DNA of 64,000 nt from Leucoraja ocellata (GCA_036785375.1 JAWMAR010000083.1:930001-994000), one strand, 5' to 3'; positions 11,741 through 25,812 are shown, counted from the stretch's first letter. Translations and numbers: made by a program. Notes: a model not told the origin generated them from the letters alone.

Positions 11741-13574
11741 CTCCCTGACCCTATTGTGCTGGAAATGTTTGTTTTCGTCCATAAAGATGGATTCATTATA
11801 TTGTGGACACGTGAAACATTAAAACCGCAGTGTTCGATTGTCACTGCTGCCATTGACAGGTTATTACGGAATTCATTTTAACGGCAAATCAATGCTCTTA
11901 ATATGGAGTATCAGTACTGTAGTTATTTAATGAGCAATATTCACAATTATACGTTGGATTTATCCAGGTTTTACTTCCACAGTCAGTCATATACATCATA
12001 AATTTGGTCAGGAGATATTTCAGTTGAAATTTTAACGTTAATTCTGAAGTGGGAATGATGGAAAAAGCGTTTATCAATAATTTTATTTAAATCTGGTGCT
12101 TACAAACTGGGCAACTTCATTGCTGTTCACAACACGTACATCTAATCTGAATATCTGGTAATGTGGCATTTTAAAACCTTCAAATATATTACCAAAAGAA
12201 CATTTGCTGCAGTTATGTCCTTTGGCCATCTCTCGTCAGTTAGTGTAATGTTTAACCTGTCAGATGGGTATAGTCGGTTTTAACAGCTATTATCATAAAA
12301 TGCCTATAGAAATTTCCTTTCAATCTGTATATTTTGTTGTGGATAAATTATGTGGGAAGCGAGAGTGTTTCTGTACCAATAGCAATAACGACCCATGCTA
12401 TGGCCATGTCATGGTAATTTTCAATCCTTCACAGAAAACATGCTTGCATCAATCTGTAGTGTGCATGGTTAAGCATATATTTTACCATGGTCCAGGATTT
12501 ATTGACACAGGTTGATCATACGCTGAATAATCCAAACACATTTTAGTTTGGAAATGGAAAGAACTAATATAAATTGCATTAATTGCAATGTGTAAAAAGA
12601 GTTGAGATATTGTATTATAATTTTGCTGCATTGTGGTATATATCATGTCTTGATTGGTGAATATGTTTAGTTTGTGACTTTATTTGAAGCAGAAATAATA
12701 TGTGAATGCTTCATTGAGCATAATTCCGACTGGTAACTCCGCACTTCGTCCGAGCACATTATCGCACGCGTCATGCAAACCATCTTAAATGACCACCTAA
12801 GCTGTCATTTGGCAACCTAACAAGCTGCCAAGGTTGCCCGGCTGGCAACAGGGAAAAAAAGTTAAGCGAGAGCCCTGATTACTCTGTATGGTACTTGATG
12901 GCTTAGACTTGGTGGGTTGAATGGCCTGTTTCCTACTCTGTATGCCTCTACAACTCGCCACTTGAGACATTTGAGAGATTGGGAAAGAAATGCACTGAAG
13001 CAGATTAGTTGGATTGAGTAATTCAAATTGAATTAAATCTTTAAAAAAATCAATATTGTAATTGCAATAAAATCAAATTACTTCTCATTTTGTTAGCAAA
13101 ATAACCCAAACCAATGCAAAAATGATAAAAGTACACTTCGTAACCTAACAACTGAAGATAACAAAATATGGAGATGATGAATTCCACCTACCTAGCATCC
13201 ATTTTGAAGAGATGACAATATTTTAAAACCTGGCACCATTCTGCTGCACTCATGTTTTCTCCACACAACCCATATAGATAGATAGTAGTAGTACTTCCCA
13301 TAGATAGTAGTACTGTATAATGCAACAAATCTATTTTGGGTTAGCATGAAGTTCTTTCATAAACTCCCTGTTTTGATCCCAGAAAATGTAAAACTGGGAA
13401 GAAGTGCTCTATACCAAAAAGGATTCCTCAGAGAACACTTCAGTAGCACGAAAATCAACTTTCTTCATTTAGAGTGACAATCACCCGCAGGAGCAAGGTT
13501 CTAATCGCTCTCAGTTTCCACGAGCAGGTTACATAGTCCAAGTGACTGTCACTTGTTAAATCAAGCACTCTACC

Positions 13575-13720
13575 CCGAGATAGACAAAATGCTGGAGTAA
13601 CTCAGCGGGTCAGGGAGTATCTCAGGAGAAAATGAATAGGTGACGCTTTGAGTCGAGACCCTCCTTCTGACCCTCCTCCTGACCCGAAACATCACCCATT
13701 CCTCTCCAGAGATGCTGCAT
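13575..13720. mobile_element. Penelope-derived short repeat (inverted arrangement)
   Basis: GCTGGAGTAACTCAGCGGG...GACCCGAAACATCACCCATTCCTCTCCAGAGATGCTGC; similar copies near 10290, 21265, 22260, 26935, 33610, 35330, 39265, 49040, 50425, 51460, 61030, 63660 and 63900. Confidence 0.7.
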
Positions 13721-13813
13721 CCCATTACATTGAAGCTCCGACCCAAATATTCAATTTAACATTGATAACTGGTTGGTCTTGCGATAGGTAAACATAAGGA
13801 AAGCTTAAGAATA

Positions 13814-16800
13814 TCTATATATTACTAAAACTATCATCTTGTTTGTTTGGATGTCTGCGTGTGAGTGAGACCCTGAAATTACGCCAAAACGGTACACAAT
13901 AGCGCTACACTTTTTGCACCACCTTACTCACAATGTCTTGTGGTGTGTTTTCATCATGTATCATTCAGACTGATGTTATATTTTGTTATTCGCATTTTTT
14001 ATTTATTTATTTATTATTAGAAGTACGGTAAATTACAATAATACACAACACATATGTCTTAATAAATTTTTTGTACCGCTTCATTTTTTGAGCTTTAAGA
14101 AAAAGATAGAAGTAAAGGAAGTAAGGAAAGTGCGCAAGAGTCGTGAAGGTGCAAAAGAGTGTTGGGAAAAGAAAGCCCCTTAGAAAAGAAGTTAGAGAAG
14201 GAAGTAAAGAAAGAAAGTAGACCCTAGATTAATTTTGTAAAGATATCAAATATTTCATACCAGAATCTTTGGATTTTTGTACAAAAAACAAAAGAATGCA
14301 CTATGGTAGCTTCTTGACACAGACATTTATCACAGATGAGTGAGACATTATGGAAGAGTTTATTTATTTTAGTTTTTGAATAATATAGTCTATGTAATGT
14401 TTTGAATTGGATGAGAGTATGTCGTACGTTGATCGAACATTTATGCACCTGTAGTAAGTGATTATCCCAGCTCTCTTTTGAAATTTTTATAGCTAATTCT
14501 TGTTCCCAGTCTCTTCTAATTCCATCAGTTGTGGGTATTTCTATGTTTAAGATGATGTTATATAGGTACGATATTAGATTAGCTGATTCCGCCTTTGTCT
14601 TCATTGCTTCATCCAGTAAGTCGGTAGGCATATTATGATAGTCTTTTGTATATTTTTTCAGATAATCACGAATTTGAAGATATTTAAAATATTGATTATT
14701 TTTCAAATTATATTTCAGTTGTAGTTGTTGAAATGATAGTAATTTTCCCAATTCATACAGATCTTCGAGCGTTTTGATTCCCATTCTTTCCCATTGTATA
14801 AATTATTTGTCTATAATTGATGGTTTAAATGATGGATTATTAACTATTGGTATTAAGAGATAGGTTTCTTAATTTTAGATTCTGTTTTATTTGTTTCCAT
14901 GTTCTAATTGTGCTATGTATAATTGGATTTTTATTATAATTTTTGTTATTCAAATATATTGGTGAGAGCAGTCCCCTCTTTCCATTACAATCCAGTCCAC
15001 CTGCTGGGCAGAGTTGTCCAGCAGGTGAATCAGATTTTTAATATTTACGGCCCAATTATAATACATAAAATTAGGGAGCGCTAGACCCCCCCAACTCTTT
15101 TTGTTTATTAAGGTGTGCTCTTTGTATTCTATGGGATTTATAATCCCATATAAAATTTGTAATGTCTGAGTCCAATTTTTTGAAAAACTTTTTTGGAAGA
15201 TATATAGGTATTGATTGAAATAGGTATAGGATTTGTGGTAAGAAGATCATTTTTATAGCGTTTATTCTGCCTATTAGGGACATCGGAAGTGTTTTCCAGA
15301 ATGTAATCAAATTATTTAGTTTCTTAAGTAAGGGATTATAATTGGCTTTAAACATATCATGGTAGTTTCTAGTAATTTACATTCCCAGATATTTGAATTT
15401 TTCTGTGGCTATTTTAAAGGGGAATTTCCGGAGGTGTGTTGAGTCTTTTGGTTTTATCGATATAATTTCACTTTTGTTCCAATTTATTCTATATCCTGAG
15501 AAGGATCCAAAGTCCTCAATTAAATTTAATATGTTTGGTATACTAATTTGTGGTTTTGAGATGTACAGTAGTACATCATCGGCGTATAAGGATATTTTGT
15601 TATTTGAATATTTTGTATTATAACCATAAATATCCAGGTGTGTTCTTATTTTTTCAGCGAGGGGTTCAATTACCAGAGCAAATAACAGTGGTGATAGTGA
15701 ACATCCTTGTCTATTGCCCCTTGATAATTCAAATTTCGAGGATAGTATATTATTAGTTAGTATTCTAGCCGTAGGTTTTTTATATAATAGTTTTATCCAT
15801 GCGATGAAGTTCTCTCCCAATTGGAATTTTTGCAATACTTTAATCATATAATCCCATTCTACTTGATCAAACGCTTTTTCTGCGTCCAGTGAGATGATAG
15901 ATAACTCTTGGTCATGAGATTTATGTGAGTGCATTATGTTAAGCAAGCGTCTCAAATTATTGAATGAGTGTCTCTTAGGTATACATCCTGTTTGATCCTC
16001 ATTTATTAGTCTACTAACATACCTGCTTAGTCTTCTGGCTAGTGTTTTCGCTATTATTTTTTGATCCATATTTAACAAAGCAATAGCTCTATATGATCCT
16101 GGTTCTTCTATATTTTTATCTTTTTTAAGTATTAATGTGACCGTTGATTCTGCTAATGTTTCAGGTAAGCTTTGCTCTTTAAAAGCATATGTATACATTT
16201 TATGTAATCGTGGGGTAACTATGTCGTAAAAAGCTTTATAAAATTCATTACTGAATCCGTCTGGTCCTAATGGTTTTCCGTTCTTTAGTATGTTTATTGT
16301 GTCTTCTATCTCCTTCGAAGTAATTTGTGCTCCCAGTTCCTCTTGTTCCCTCAATTCTAACTGTGGGAGGTTACAATTATCCAGAAATTCTGAAACTTTA
16401 TTATTGTCTATTGTCGTTTTAGATGTATATAGATTCTGGTAAAATTGAGCAAATCTTTTATTGATATCCTTGGGTAGTGTTAACAATTCCCCTCTATCTG
16501 ATTTAATCTTTAGTATTGCATTCTCTTTTTCCCGTTTTTTCAATTGGCGTGCTAGAAGTTTGTGGGGTCTGTCCCCGAATTTGAAGTGTTCTTGTTTTGT
16601 AATTTGAAATAGTGTTATAACTTTCTCGGACAATAATTTATTTAGCTTGAATTTCAATAGTAGAATTTTATTATGTTTATCCATAGTTGGATCTTTAGCA
16701 TTATCTGTATCTAATTGTTTTATTTGTTCTTCTAAATGTCTTTGTTCATTCTTATTCTTTTTATTTTGAAAAGCTTGAAATGAAATAATGACTCCTCTAA

Positions 16801-17454
16801 TAAATGCTTTGAAGGATTCCCATAATAGCGTGGGGGATATATCTGGTGTATCATTTATCTCAAAAAATAGGTCCATCTGTTTTTTTAGATACTCCCTTGT
16901 GGGTCTTTTAAAATTTGCGAGTTAATTTTGATAACCCACAATTTTTCAATAAAATTCTGAATATAATTGCAGAATTTAATTATCCAAATAATTTTTAAAG
17001 ATTGGTGTTATTTCACTTTTCTTCTAATATTCTCGTTGGGGGAATAAGCAAATGAATTTGTTCATAACTTCTTGGTGGCGTGTTATTCATATTTTTAACT
17101 TTACAAAATCCAGTTTGAGAAGAATGACTTGCACACAGATGTGTTGCAATCACAGAACGCTGAGTCCTGACAGAGGGAGACCGAACAGGAGAAGGAGGAA
17201 GTGCTGGGCAGGGGAAGTGGAATTGGATTTTTTTTTAAAGTCCTGGCAACAAGTGCTTGCATTTTTTTAAATTTTAAAAAGAGGGAGGATGAAGAGGAGG
17301 GGGAGGGAGTGCCGGGGGATAAGGGGAAATTAGTTGCTCCTATGCAGTTGGGAGCTATGGGTGAGTGGTGGAATATTGGGTTGGGGGAACGGGGATTGCA
17401 TTGGGGGACCAAACCTCCCATGTGACAGGGACCCAACGGGTCCCACTAGTCTAG
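13814..17454 (+). mobile_element. Non-autonomous Helitron interrupted by an L1
   Basis: 5' A|TCTATATATTACTAAAA; 3' hairpin GGGACCC-AAC-GGGTCCC (17428-17444) then CTAG|T at 17451-17455; A/T insertion site with no TSD. Confidence 0.75.
14000..16923 (-). mobile_element. L1-clade LINE, 5'-truncated ORF2 (RT plus C-terminal Cys domain), frameshifted
   Basis: ORFs 15377-16876 (GPDGF, SLDAEKAFD, RQGCSLSPLLF, LYADD, YLG), 15071-15355 and 14224-14784 (CDKC..H..C); A-rich (TAAA)n tail near 14000. Confidence 0.95.
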
Positions 17455-18653
17455 TAACATATAAAATCGGAAAGTGAAACGATGGTCTGTGCCGTATTCA
17501 CTGTTGTCAATGTACAATTCAACTGGACAATGTAAAAATGTCAAAAAGGCAAAGTTTGAATTGGTTAGTACATCTAGTTTAATACAAAATCTCTGCAAAA
17601 GGTGTTGTGTTCATACAGTCCTTTGCTACTTGTGGAAGGGCTGTTGTTTACACTGAATTCCATTTGCTATTGTTCAAGCATTTGCAGATTTCACTCAACT
17701 CCTTCGGGTGTCTTGACATTTCCTCCGACTCAACTGCTGCCCACCTCTGGTTTAGTGTTTTGTGAATGCAGCACATTTCCATGACTTCTCTGTTTTTAAA
17801 ATGTTCCAGACAAAGATTCAGCCAATGCGTAGGCAAAAGGCAAGCTACTTCCAAAATCCTGTGCCATATCCCATCCCACCACCATTACACTTCACATCTG
17901 ATAACAAATGAAAACAGTCTCAGACAAACTCAGGGGCTGGGTTTGCTCGGACAGCAGCTGGTCATTTGATCAAATATATTCCACCTACTACAATAACGAT
18001 CAATCTACATTTATTTCACATTCCGTTTAAATCCATATAATCGCTCAATGGATGAAGCATTCAAAAACCTGTCCATTTCTAGCTCATCTGTACTCAATGC
18101 CTTAGCATCCATAACCCCAGGATCACTCCAGCTGCTGAGTGTTGCTACTTACAATTGGTGATCAGTCCATAGGGAAGTCTCTGACTTCTCCACAACACCT
18201 TCTCCATCACCTTCTGGGGCAGGCCAACTAGCCACTTCTATCAATTGGCATTGTAGGCTTACAAAGAGAAAAAAAAAAATCAGGTGTCCAAACTCTGTTA
18301 ACCAATCTTCTCTAATAAATTCCTACCAGGAGAACTTGACTGTCGACCTGAAAATTGAGACTATGGACATGTAGTAGGTATTTCTTACACAAACACGTAA
18401 ATTGGTACACAAGAAACAGCCCTGTGACAAGTATGTGCCACACCAACATATACTCCGTTTTTCCAGTCCTCCCCATCATGCTGGACTTGGTTATGTTGTT
18501 GATTGGTGGTCTTTTATCCCTTGCTCACATTGTGGCCACTCTCTTCATCCAACCTTGGTCTCCTCTTTCATTTCAGCTTCATCTGCTCAGATCATTCTGA
18601 TGTATTTCCAGTTTCTGTATGTATGTATTGATGATGTTACATTGGGGTGTGGC

Positions 18654-19485
18654 CATGGGCGGAAACCCCAGGGGGGATGGGGAGGACACACATCTCTCCC
18701 ATGTTTTGAGAGGTGGGGGACAATCCCACCCCCCCCCCCTCCATGTTTTGAAATCCAGATTTTGAAATGCCACTGTTAAGTGCTTCTTAATTGTTTCTAT
18801 TAACATCGTATTAACACGATGTGTCACCAATTGTGTTTAGACGTTCAAGTGTTACTGAAGATATTCACGGAGAATTTCTTAGCTGTCTGATGCAAGTACA
18901 ATTACCATTTGAACTAATTGGATGTATTGGTAGATGGGAAAGATTTAAACGGGTATTGGATTTAAATGGGTCAGGTCATTAAGGGCTCCAGTCGAACAGG
19001 TTTTCTGGCTGGCTTGCAGGTAAGTCACTCATTCAGGTCACTCGCGTTATTTAGTATGTTTTTTCCAATCTTTCTTCCCCCTCCAAGGTTGGTTCTTTTG
19101 TTTGCCTTTATTTGCTTCAATTTTATTTGTTTAAGCGTTATTTTGAAAGATTCAAGCGGGTATCAGACGCTTTCTAAGAGCTGAATCGGCCCGTTTGCGG
19201 GGCCTTTCATTGCCTTGTATCGAGACGATCGAGGCTGGCCGATTTTAAGCCGTGCCGGGCGATGAAAGGCCCCACAAAGGGGCCGATTCCAGCCCCACAA
19301 TTCGGGACAGATGAAGCTGCAGTTGCTGGAGTTCGGAGTCGGTCATCAACCAGGTTAGCTCCCGATGTTACCGTCCACAGGGCCACAGCCGAAGCCTCAT
19401 GTGCTTGTGCATGTGTGTGTGCACATATGCGCGCCCACCAAGAAATTGTGGTCCCCCCATGTTTTGATAGCGATTTCCGCCCCTG
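18654..19485. mobile_element. hAT-like MITE, 8-bp TSD
   Basis: TIRs CATGGGCGGAAA / TTTCCGCCCCTG; TSD GGTGTGGC at 18646-18653 and 19486-19493. Confidence 0.88.
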
Positions 19486-20114
19486 GGTGTGGCTATCTTT
19501 CCTTCAACATTATTGCTGTGGGTTCTTTAACATTCAAAGTGGGGGAAAATAAGAAATACTTCCAATTTCAAAAATGTCCATGAATATTAATAATCAACTA
19601 TTCATTTCACATCAAAAAGCTTTTACCGTACAAAGTTAAAAAGAAAATGTTACACTGCATTTTCTCTTGTGTATTGCTTTAAGTAGAGAATGCGGACACA
19701 ATAAACAGAATATAATTGTATAGATCATAGATTGTATCAATAGTAAATTTAATTTTCTCAAAATTAAAACATTAGGTAACAACTGCAAAATAAGAGGCCA
19801 TGAATATGCAAATTTCAGTACTTTAGAGCTGCACACAGACAAACTTGGAGAATAATGGAATTATTTCATTTCAAATTTGCCCTTTCGGCAATCCTTCAGG
19901 GCAACTGAATCATGCATTTACCAAAGAGATGACAAATCACATATTTGAGTTCTGTGAAAAGGTTAATAATCCCACGCAATTCACAAAAGTGCAGTTCTGT
20001 TTCTTAGCAGTGTGTTTATGAATGCTGCAGATGTTGAAAAGTCCAGCTGAGCTTCTCCGACTCCTAGTCTCACTATTTCTATATCCAAGGATGAGAGTGC
20101 TGTAATGGTCCCGT

Positions 20115-21220
20115 ACTCTGCCGTCAAGTCAAGATTACTGCTATAGCACAAATACAGTGCAGCAAAGGTACAATTAAGATCTAGATTGCAATAGCATGAC
20201 AGGCATACAGGCAATACACAAAAACAAATTCTACACAAATAAATTACACATAAATTCTGCCAGACAGCAAAAGACTGCAAAAAAATTATCGTGCAAAACA
20301 CAATTAGAAAAACAAGTCCTTGATGGCACAAGAGGTTGTCCCTAGTGTACCGTTGCCAATAGAGGATTAGGATTGTGCAGGTCAGTTCAAGAACCTGACG
20401 GTCGTAGAAAAGTATCTGTTCCTAAACCTGGTGCTGCACAACATCAGGCTTATGCACCTCCTGCCAGTGGTAGGAGCAAGAAGAGAGCATATCCCTGATG
20501 GTGGGGTTCCTTGATAATAGATGCTGCCTTCTCAAGATAGAGCCTCAGGCAGATGCTTTTGATGGTGGGGGAGGGATGCACCAGTGATGGACTGGGCTGA
20601 GTGCACCACAATCTGCAACCTCTTGTGTTCCTGTGCATTTGAATTGCCAGGACATGGTCAGTGCCGGATTTAGATGAAGAGAGCCCTAAGCTGTTCCACT
20701 TGTGAGGCCCCCAACGACCGGACAGCATGGCGGCCAAATCTCCCACAATTCAAAGCGAGGGAGAAAGTGCCCAGCGCCGACCAGTTGCCGTTGCAGTGCG
20801 CATGCGCAGGGTGGCCGATGATGTGCTGGCCGTGGTTGTGCGCATGTGCAAGGCGGCCTGCATGCCGGTGGATGAGGAGCGAGCGGAGCCCTGCGGCCCG
20901 GACACGGATAGCGTGAGATGGAGATGGAGATCATGGAGATGGAGAGAGAGAGATAGAGAGGGGGGCAGCCCAGAGTTGAACGGTAGGTGTTCTGCCTTGG
21001 CCGGAGGCCCCCCTAGACCTCGAGGCCCATCAATTATTTCGGGGGGGGCCCCCTAGAAAGTGGGGGCCCTAAGCTATAGCTTGTTTAGCTTATACGTAAA
21101 TCCGGCACTGGACATGGTGCAAACAGTCAGGATACATTCTACAGGTCATCTGTTGAAGTTTGTTGGAGTATTCAGTGACATGCTGAATCAGTACACGCTT
21201 AGAGACAGGGGCACACCTTT
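20115..21220 (-). mobile_element. Rex1/Babar-like LINE 3' fragment, interrupted by a MITE
   Basis: KAASIIKEPHHQGYALFLLLP C-terminal motif; boundaries approximate. Confidence 0.65.
20659..21110. mobile_element. hAT-like MITE, 14-bp TIR, 8-bp TSD
   Basis: CAGTGCCGGATTTA / TAAATCCGGCACTG; TSD GACATGGT at 20651-20658 and 21111-21118. Confidence 0.92.
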
Positions 21221-21640
21221 CTTTTGATTATATCTGCACACTGGGTTACTTCAATCTCACCAATGGTCAAAGACCCAAAGTGCTGGCATAACTCAGCAGG
21301 TCAGGCAGCATCTCTGGGGAACAAGGATAGGTGACGATTCAGGTCAGGACTTTACTCCAGCACTGTCTCTTATTTGGCAAACCAGTATCTGCATTTCCTC
21401 ATTTCTCCATTTCAGCTGTCAGCTGTTTTGACACTAAATTAATGTTAGGATCTCAAGAGCACACGTGTTCACATGTAAAATTGAAGTTCCTTTTTTGGTT
21501 GCTGCATCCCACATTAAAGTGTTTTTTTCTGTCCCATCACTTACGATGAACAATGAATATGAATGTGCAATAAAATTTACAGAATTTAAACCAATTGCAC
21601 TCAGACTGGTACTGCACTCCCCAGAGATGCAGAAGAATAC

Positions 21641-21944
21641 TGCCACAGTGGCGCAGGAGTAGAGTTGCTGCCTTACAGTGCTTGCAGCGCCAGAGACCCG
21701 GGTTTGATCCCGACTACAGGTGCTGTCTGGACAATTTGTACGTTCTCTCTGTGGCCGCGTGGATTTTCTCCAAGATCTTCGGTTTCCTCCCACATTCCAA
21801 AGACGTGCATGTTAATTGGTTAATAGGTTAATTGGTGTATGTGTAAATTGTCCCTAGTGTGTAGGATAATGTTAATTTGTGGGGCTCGCTAGTTGGTGTG
21901 GAGTTGGTTGTTTTCGCGCTGTATCTCTAAAACTAAAACTAAAA
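21641..21944 (+). mobile_element. V-SINE (HE1-like)
   Basis: tRNA head with GGGTTTGATCCC box; tail GTATCTCTAAAACTAAAACT. Confidence 0.85.
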
Positions 21945-22903
21945 AGAATAGTGGGGAGAAAATTAAATCATGGCAATGGAAAGAGCAAGATAAGACTGGT
22001 AAAAATGGTTTAGTGTCAATGGAATTGAAAAGGACAGTCAGGATCTAGAAATTACTGTTTGAAGTAAAATAGTGATGATTATTGGCTTTTGGCTTGGGGG
22101 AAGGAGTGGCTGTAAGAAAGAATAAGAAATAAAATGAACTAGAGAGTATGCTTCACAGTACAGCTGGTTAAAATTTACCTGGTTCAACTGATGGGGAAAG
22201 AGGAATTTCAGTAAACTGGAAGAAATCTCAGACAACCAGAGAAATTGTTCAAGGTGAAGATAGTCACAAAATGTTGGTGTAATTCAGCGGGACAGGCATC
22301 AGTTACTCCAGCATTTTGTGTCTATCTTCAGTTAAAACCATCATCTGCAGTTCCTTCCGACACAAATTGTTCAAGGTGCTGTGTCATGGAACTTGGTGAG
22401 GAGTTGATACAAATGAGGATAAAAAGCACTTGAAGAATCAAAAAACAATAGTATAATTTAAATATTCCAAAAACCCATTCAGTTCATCACACTTGTGCTA
22501 ACTCCCATTGGAGGAGGGGTGAATGCATAAGAAACATTCCATTCTTCTTCTCCTTACTTGAATTTTGCAATTATTTCTTTTTAAAGCACCCAGCCAATTT
22601 ATTTGTGAAAGTTGCCAATTAATCAATTACCATCATTTTTGTACCCAATCAATTCCAGATCATGTCAAAAAGAATTATCTGCATATTTTTTCAATTATTT
22701 GACATCTGTGCCTCCCAGTCACTTGATCTTCCAGTTGGCTAAAACAGTTTTCCCAAAACTATTCACAAGTTTGAACATCACTATGAAAATCTAATATTAC
22801 GAGAACAATACTTCTGGCCACTTGCGTTAATACAATGGGAATGATGATGGCAGCTTATGGGACTTAACTCGCTCTTGGCTAAACTCAGATCCTGATCATG
22901 GTA

Positions 22904-24539
22904 CAGTGCTCTCCATAATGTTTGGGACAAAGACCCATCATTTATTTATTTGCCTCTGTACTCCACAATTTGAGATTTGTAATAGAAATCACATGTGGTT
23001 AAAGTGCACATTGTCAGATTTTAATAAAGGCCATATTTATACATTTTGGTTTCACCATGTAGAATTTACAGCAGAGTCTATACATAGTCCCCCCATTTCA
23101 GGGCACCATAATGTTTGGGTCACAGCAATGTCATATAAATGAAAGTAGTCATGTTTAGTATTTTGTTGCATATCCTTTGCATGCAATGACTATTTGAAGT
23201 CTGCGATTCATGTTGCAGGGTGCTTCTCTGGTGATGCTCTGCCAGGTTTCAATTGCAGCCATCTTTAGTTTATGCTTGTTTTGGGGACTAGTCCCCGTCA
23301 GTTTTCTCTTCAGCACATAAAAGGCATACTCATTGGGTTCAGATCTGGTGATTGACTTGGCCATTCAAGAATTTACCATTTTTTAGCTTTGAAAAACTCC
23401 TTTGTTGCTTTAGCAGTATATTTCGGATCATTGTCTTGCTGTAGAATGAACCGCCGGCCAATGAGTTTTGAGACATTTGTTTGAACTTGAGCAGATAGGA
23501 TATGTCTATACAATTCAAAATTGATTATGCTACTACCGTGTGGTTGTATCATCAATGTATCATCAGTTGTATCATCAATGTAGATAAGTGAGCCAGTACC
23601 TTCAGCAGCCATACAAGCCCAGGCCATAACAACTCCACCACCATGGTTCACAGATGAGGTGGTATGCTTTGGATCTTGGGCAGTTCCTTCTCTGCTCCAA
23701 ACTTTGCTCTTGCCATCAACCTGATATGTTAATCTTCATCTCATCTATCTACAAGTCCTTTTTCCAGAACTGTGGTCGGTCTTTTATGTACTTCCTGGCA
23801 AACTATAACCTGGCCATCCTATTTTTCCAGCTAACCAGTGGTTTGCATCCTGCAGTGTAGCCTCTGTATTTCTGTTCATGAAGTCTTCTGCAGACAGTGG
23901 TCATTGACAAATCCATCCCTGACTCCTGAAGAGTGTTTCTGATAGGTCGGACAGGTGTTTGGGGATTTTTCTTTAGTATAGAGAGAATTCTTCTGTCATC
24001 AGCTGTGGATATCTTCCTTGGCCTGCCAATTCCTTTGCGATTAGTAAGCTCACCAGTGCTCTCTTTCTTCTGAATGATATTCCAAACAGTTGATTTTTGT
24101 AAGCCTAAGATTTGACTGATGTCTCTAACAGTTTTATTCTTGTTTCTCAATCTCATAATGGCTTATTTGACTTTTGTTGGCACAACTTTGGTCTTCATGT
24201 TGATAACAGCAATAAAAGTTTCCAATGGTGATGGAAAGACTGGAAGAAAGACTAGGTGCTGAGAGCTCTCTTATACCTGCATTCAGGAGGCAATTAAACA
24301 CACCTGAACAATTACAAACACCTGTGAAGTCATGTGTCCCTAACATTATGGTGCCCTGAAATGGGGGGGGGGGGGGCATGTATAAACACAGCTGTAATTT
24401 CTACATGGTGAAACCAAAATCTGACAATGTGCATGTTAACCACATGTGATTTTTTTTCTATTACAAATCTCAAATTGAGGATTACAGAGGCAAATAAATA
24501 AATAATGGGTCTTTGTCCCAAACATTATGGAGGACGCTG
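22904..24539 (-). mobile_element. Full-length Tc1-like (IR/DR type) transposon, transposase inactivated
   Basis: TA on both sides; ~215-bp TIRs starting CAGTGCTCTCCATAATGTTTGGGAC with an inner direct repeat; fragmented ORFs with paired-like HTH, GRPRK, QQDNDPKY and SPDLNPMS. Confidence 0.95.
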
Positions 24540-24616
24540 TATGTTTCAATCCTGGGAAAATAGCGTAACCACAACAAAACTCTGAATCATTGTTATCTCT
24601 CAGGATTTGAAAATGG

Positions 24617-24655
24617 ACTAGCCAGGGGTCCGAGCGACAGCCGAACCCCTACTGC
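24617..24655 (-). mobile_element. Possible Helitron/Helentron-type terminus
   Basis: Minus strand hairpin AGGGGTTCGG...CTCGGACCCCT followed by GGCTAGT; extent of the element not defined. Confidence 0.35.
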
Positions 24656-25671
24656 GTTTAATACTTTAAACCCTGAGGGGAATACAAAACAATACAAAGA
24701 AAACTATGCAATATAAAGAAAGCCAATCTGAACTTGCAATAATCACTGTGGAATGTAAAATAAATGCGGGGGTATTTCCCAGTGACATTGCATTGAATGT
24801 GCGCCCTGCTCTTGCCCGGGGAGGGACGGCACCAGGCAAACCTCGCCGTCTCAATCCACCCCAACCTCCTCAGTGGGATAAGGGAGCGCCCAATAGTCTT
24901 CAATGTGGAGAGGATAAGTGTGTTTGGGGGAGGACAGGGAGGTCATGGACCAACTATTTGATAGCAACTATTTACGAGCCTTTGTAGAAGGAATAAGTAC
25001 GCGCCTTCCCTTTAGTTTAAGCCGCCGCACAACCTGCACTCACACTGACACAAAATATTGAGCGCCCGCCATGCGGCGCCACACCCAGCGCACGGAGACG
25101 GCGAGGCCGCTTTCAGCACAACGCGAAGCTCGGCTCAGTGGACCCTTCTGGGGGCAATTGTGGGCAAGGCCCGTCGCCAGTGAGATTATGAAAGATTTAC
25201 GATCAGTTACAGAACGCAGCTCAGAGCACCTCCTCGGCCTTTCCTTCAATGCAGTAAGTAGAAATACATTGGTATTGGATCGCGTCAGTGAAAATAGTTA
25301 TTTACAGATCTGTCACCTCAGATTCATAAATAAATGGAAAGCAACAACCTGCAGGTAGTGGAAATCAGAGGGGAAAACAGAAAAACATGCTGTTAAGACT
25401 TGTTCAGTCGGGCAGCATCTGTGGACAGGTGGAAGGAAGCAGAACATATTCACCAGAGTCTGCTGAAGGGAATAAATATCAATGAGAACGAGAGCTGCTC
25501 AAAATCTAAAACGTATTTAGACTGATAGTTGAAATCCGTGCTTCACCAGGGTCCGCCGGTTCACTTCCAGTCACCTCACTGCGTGCACTGCCTGCCACTC
25601 GGAACTCAAAACACCCACATTATCAACGCTCAAAATCACAAACTCCGACAAAGTCGGCGAAGATTTCTTAC

Positions 25672-25780
25672 CACGCTATTTTAAAAGGCTTTTCGCACGT
25701 TGCTTTTGTTTCTCGGCGACGTCGCTTACACCCTTACAGGTGCACAGTCTTTCATTCTGCGCTCAGATCCCGTAGATATG
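25672..25780 (-). other. PRSS23: Putative non-coding exon 1 of PRSS23
   Basis: Donor GTG|GTAAGA at 25672/25671; TATAAA about 30 nt upstream of the inferred start; vertebrate PRSS23 has a non-coding first exon; TSS estimated. Confidence 0.6.
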
Positions 25781-25806
25781 AAGTTCTCTGGCAGGATGCT
25801 CAACAC

Positions 25807-25812
25807 TTTATA
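25807..25812 (-). promoter_or_regulatory. TATA box
   Basis: Minus strand CCTATAAAGT. Confidence 0.6.

Larger units (their letters stand above)
10187..12877. mobile_element. Non-autonomous TIR transposon (CAGGGCTC termini; hAT/P-like) with internal cargo
   Basis: Ends CAGGGCTCG... and ...CGAGAGCCCTG; shares both ends and the AT-rich interior with 42871-44045; no TSD visible here. Confidence 0.8.
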
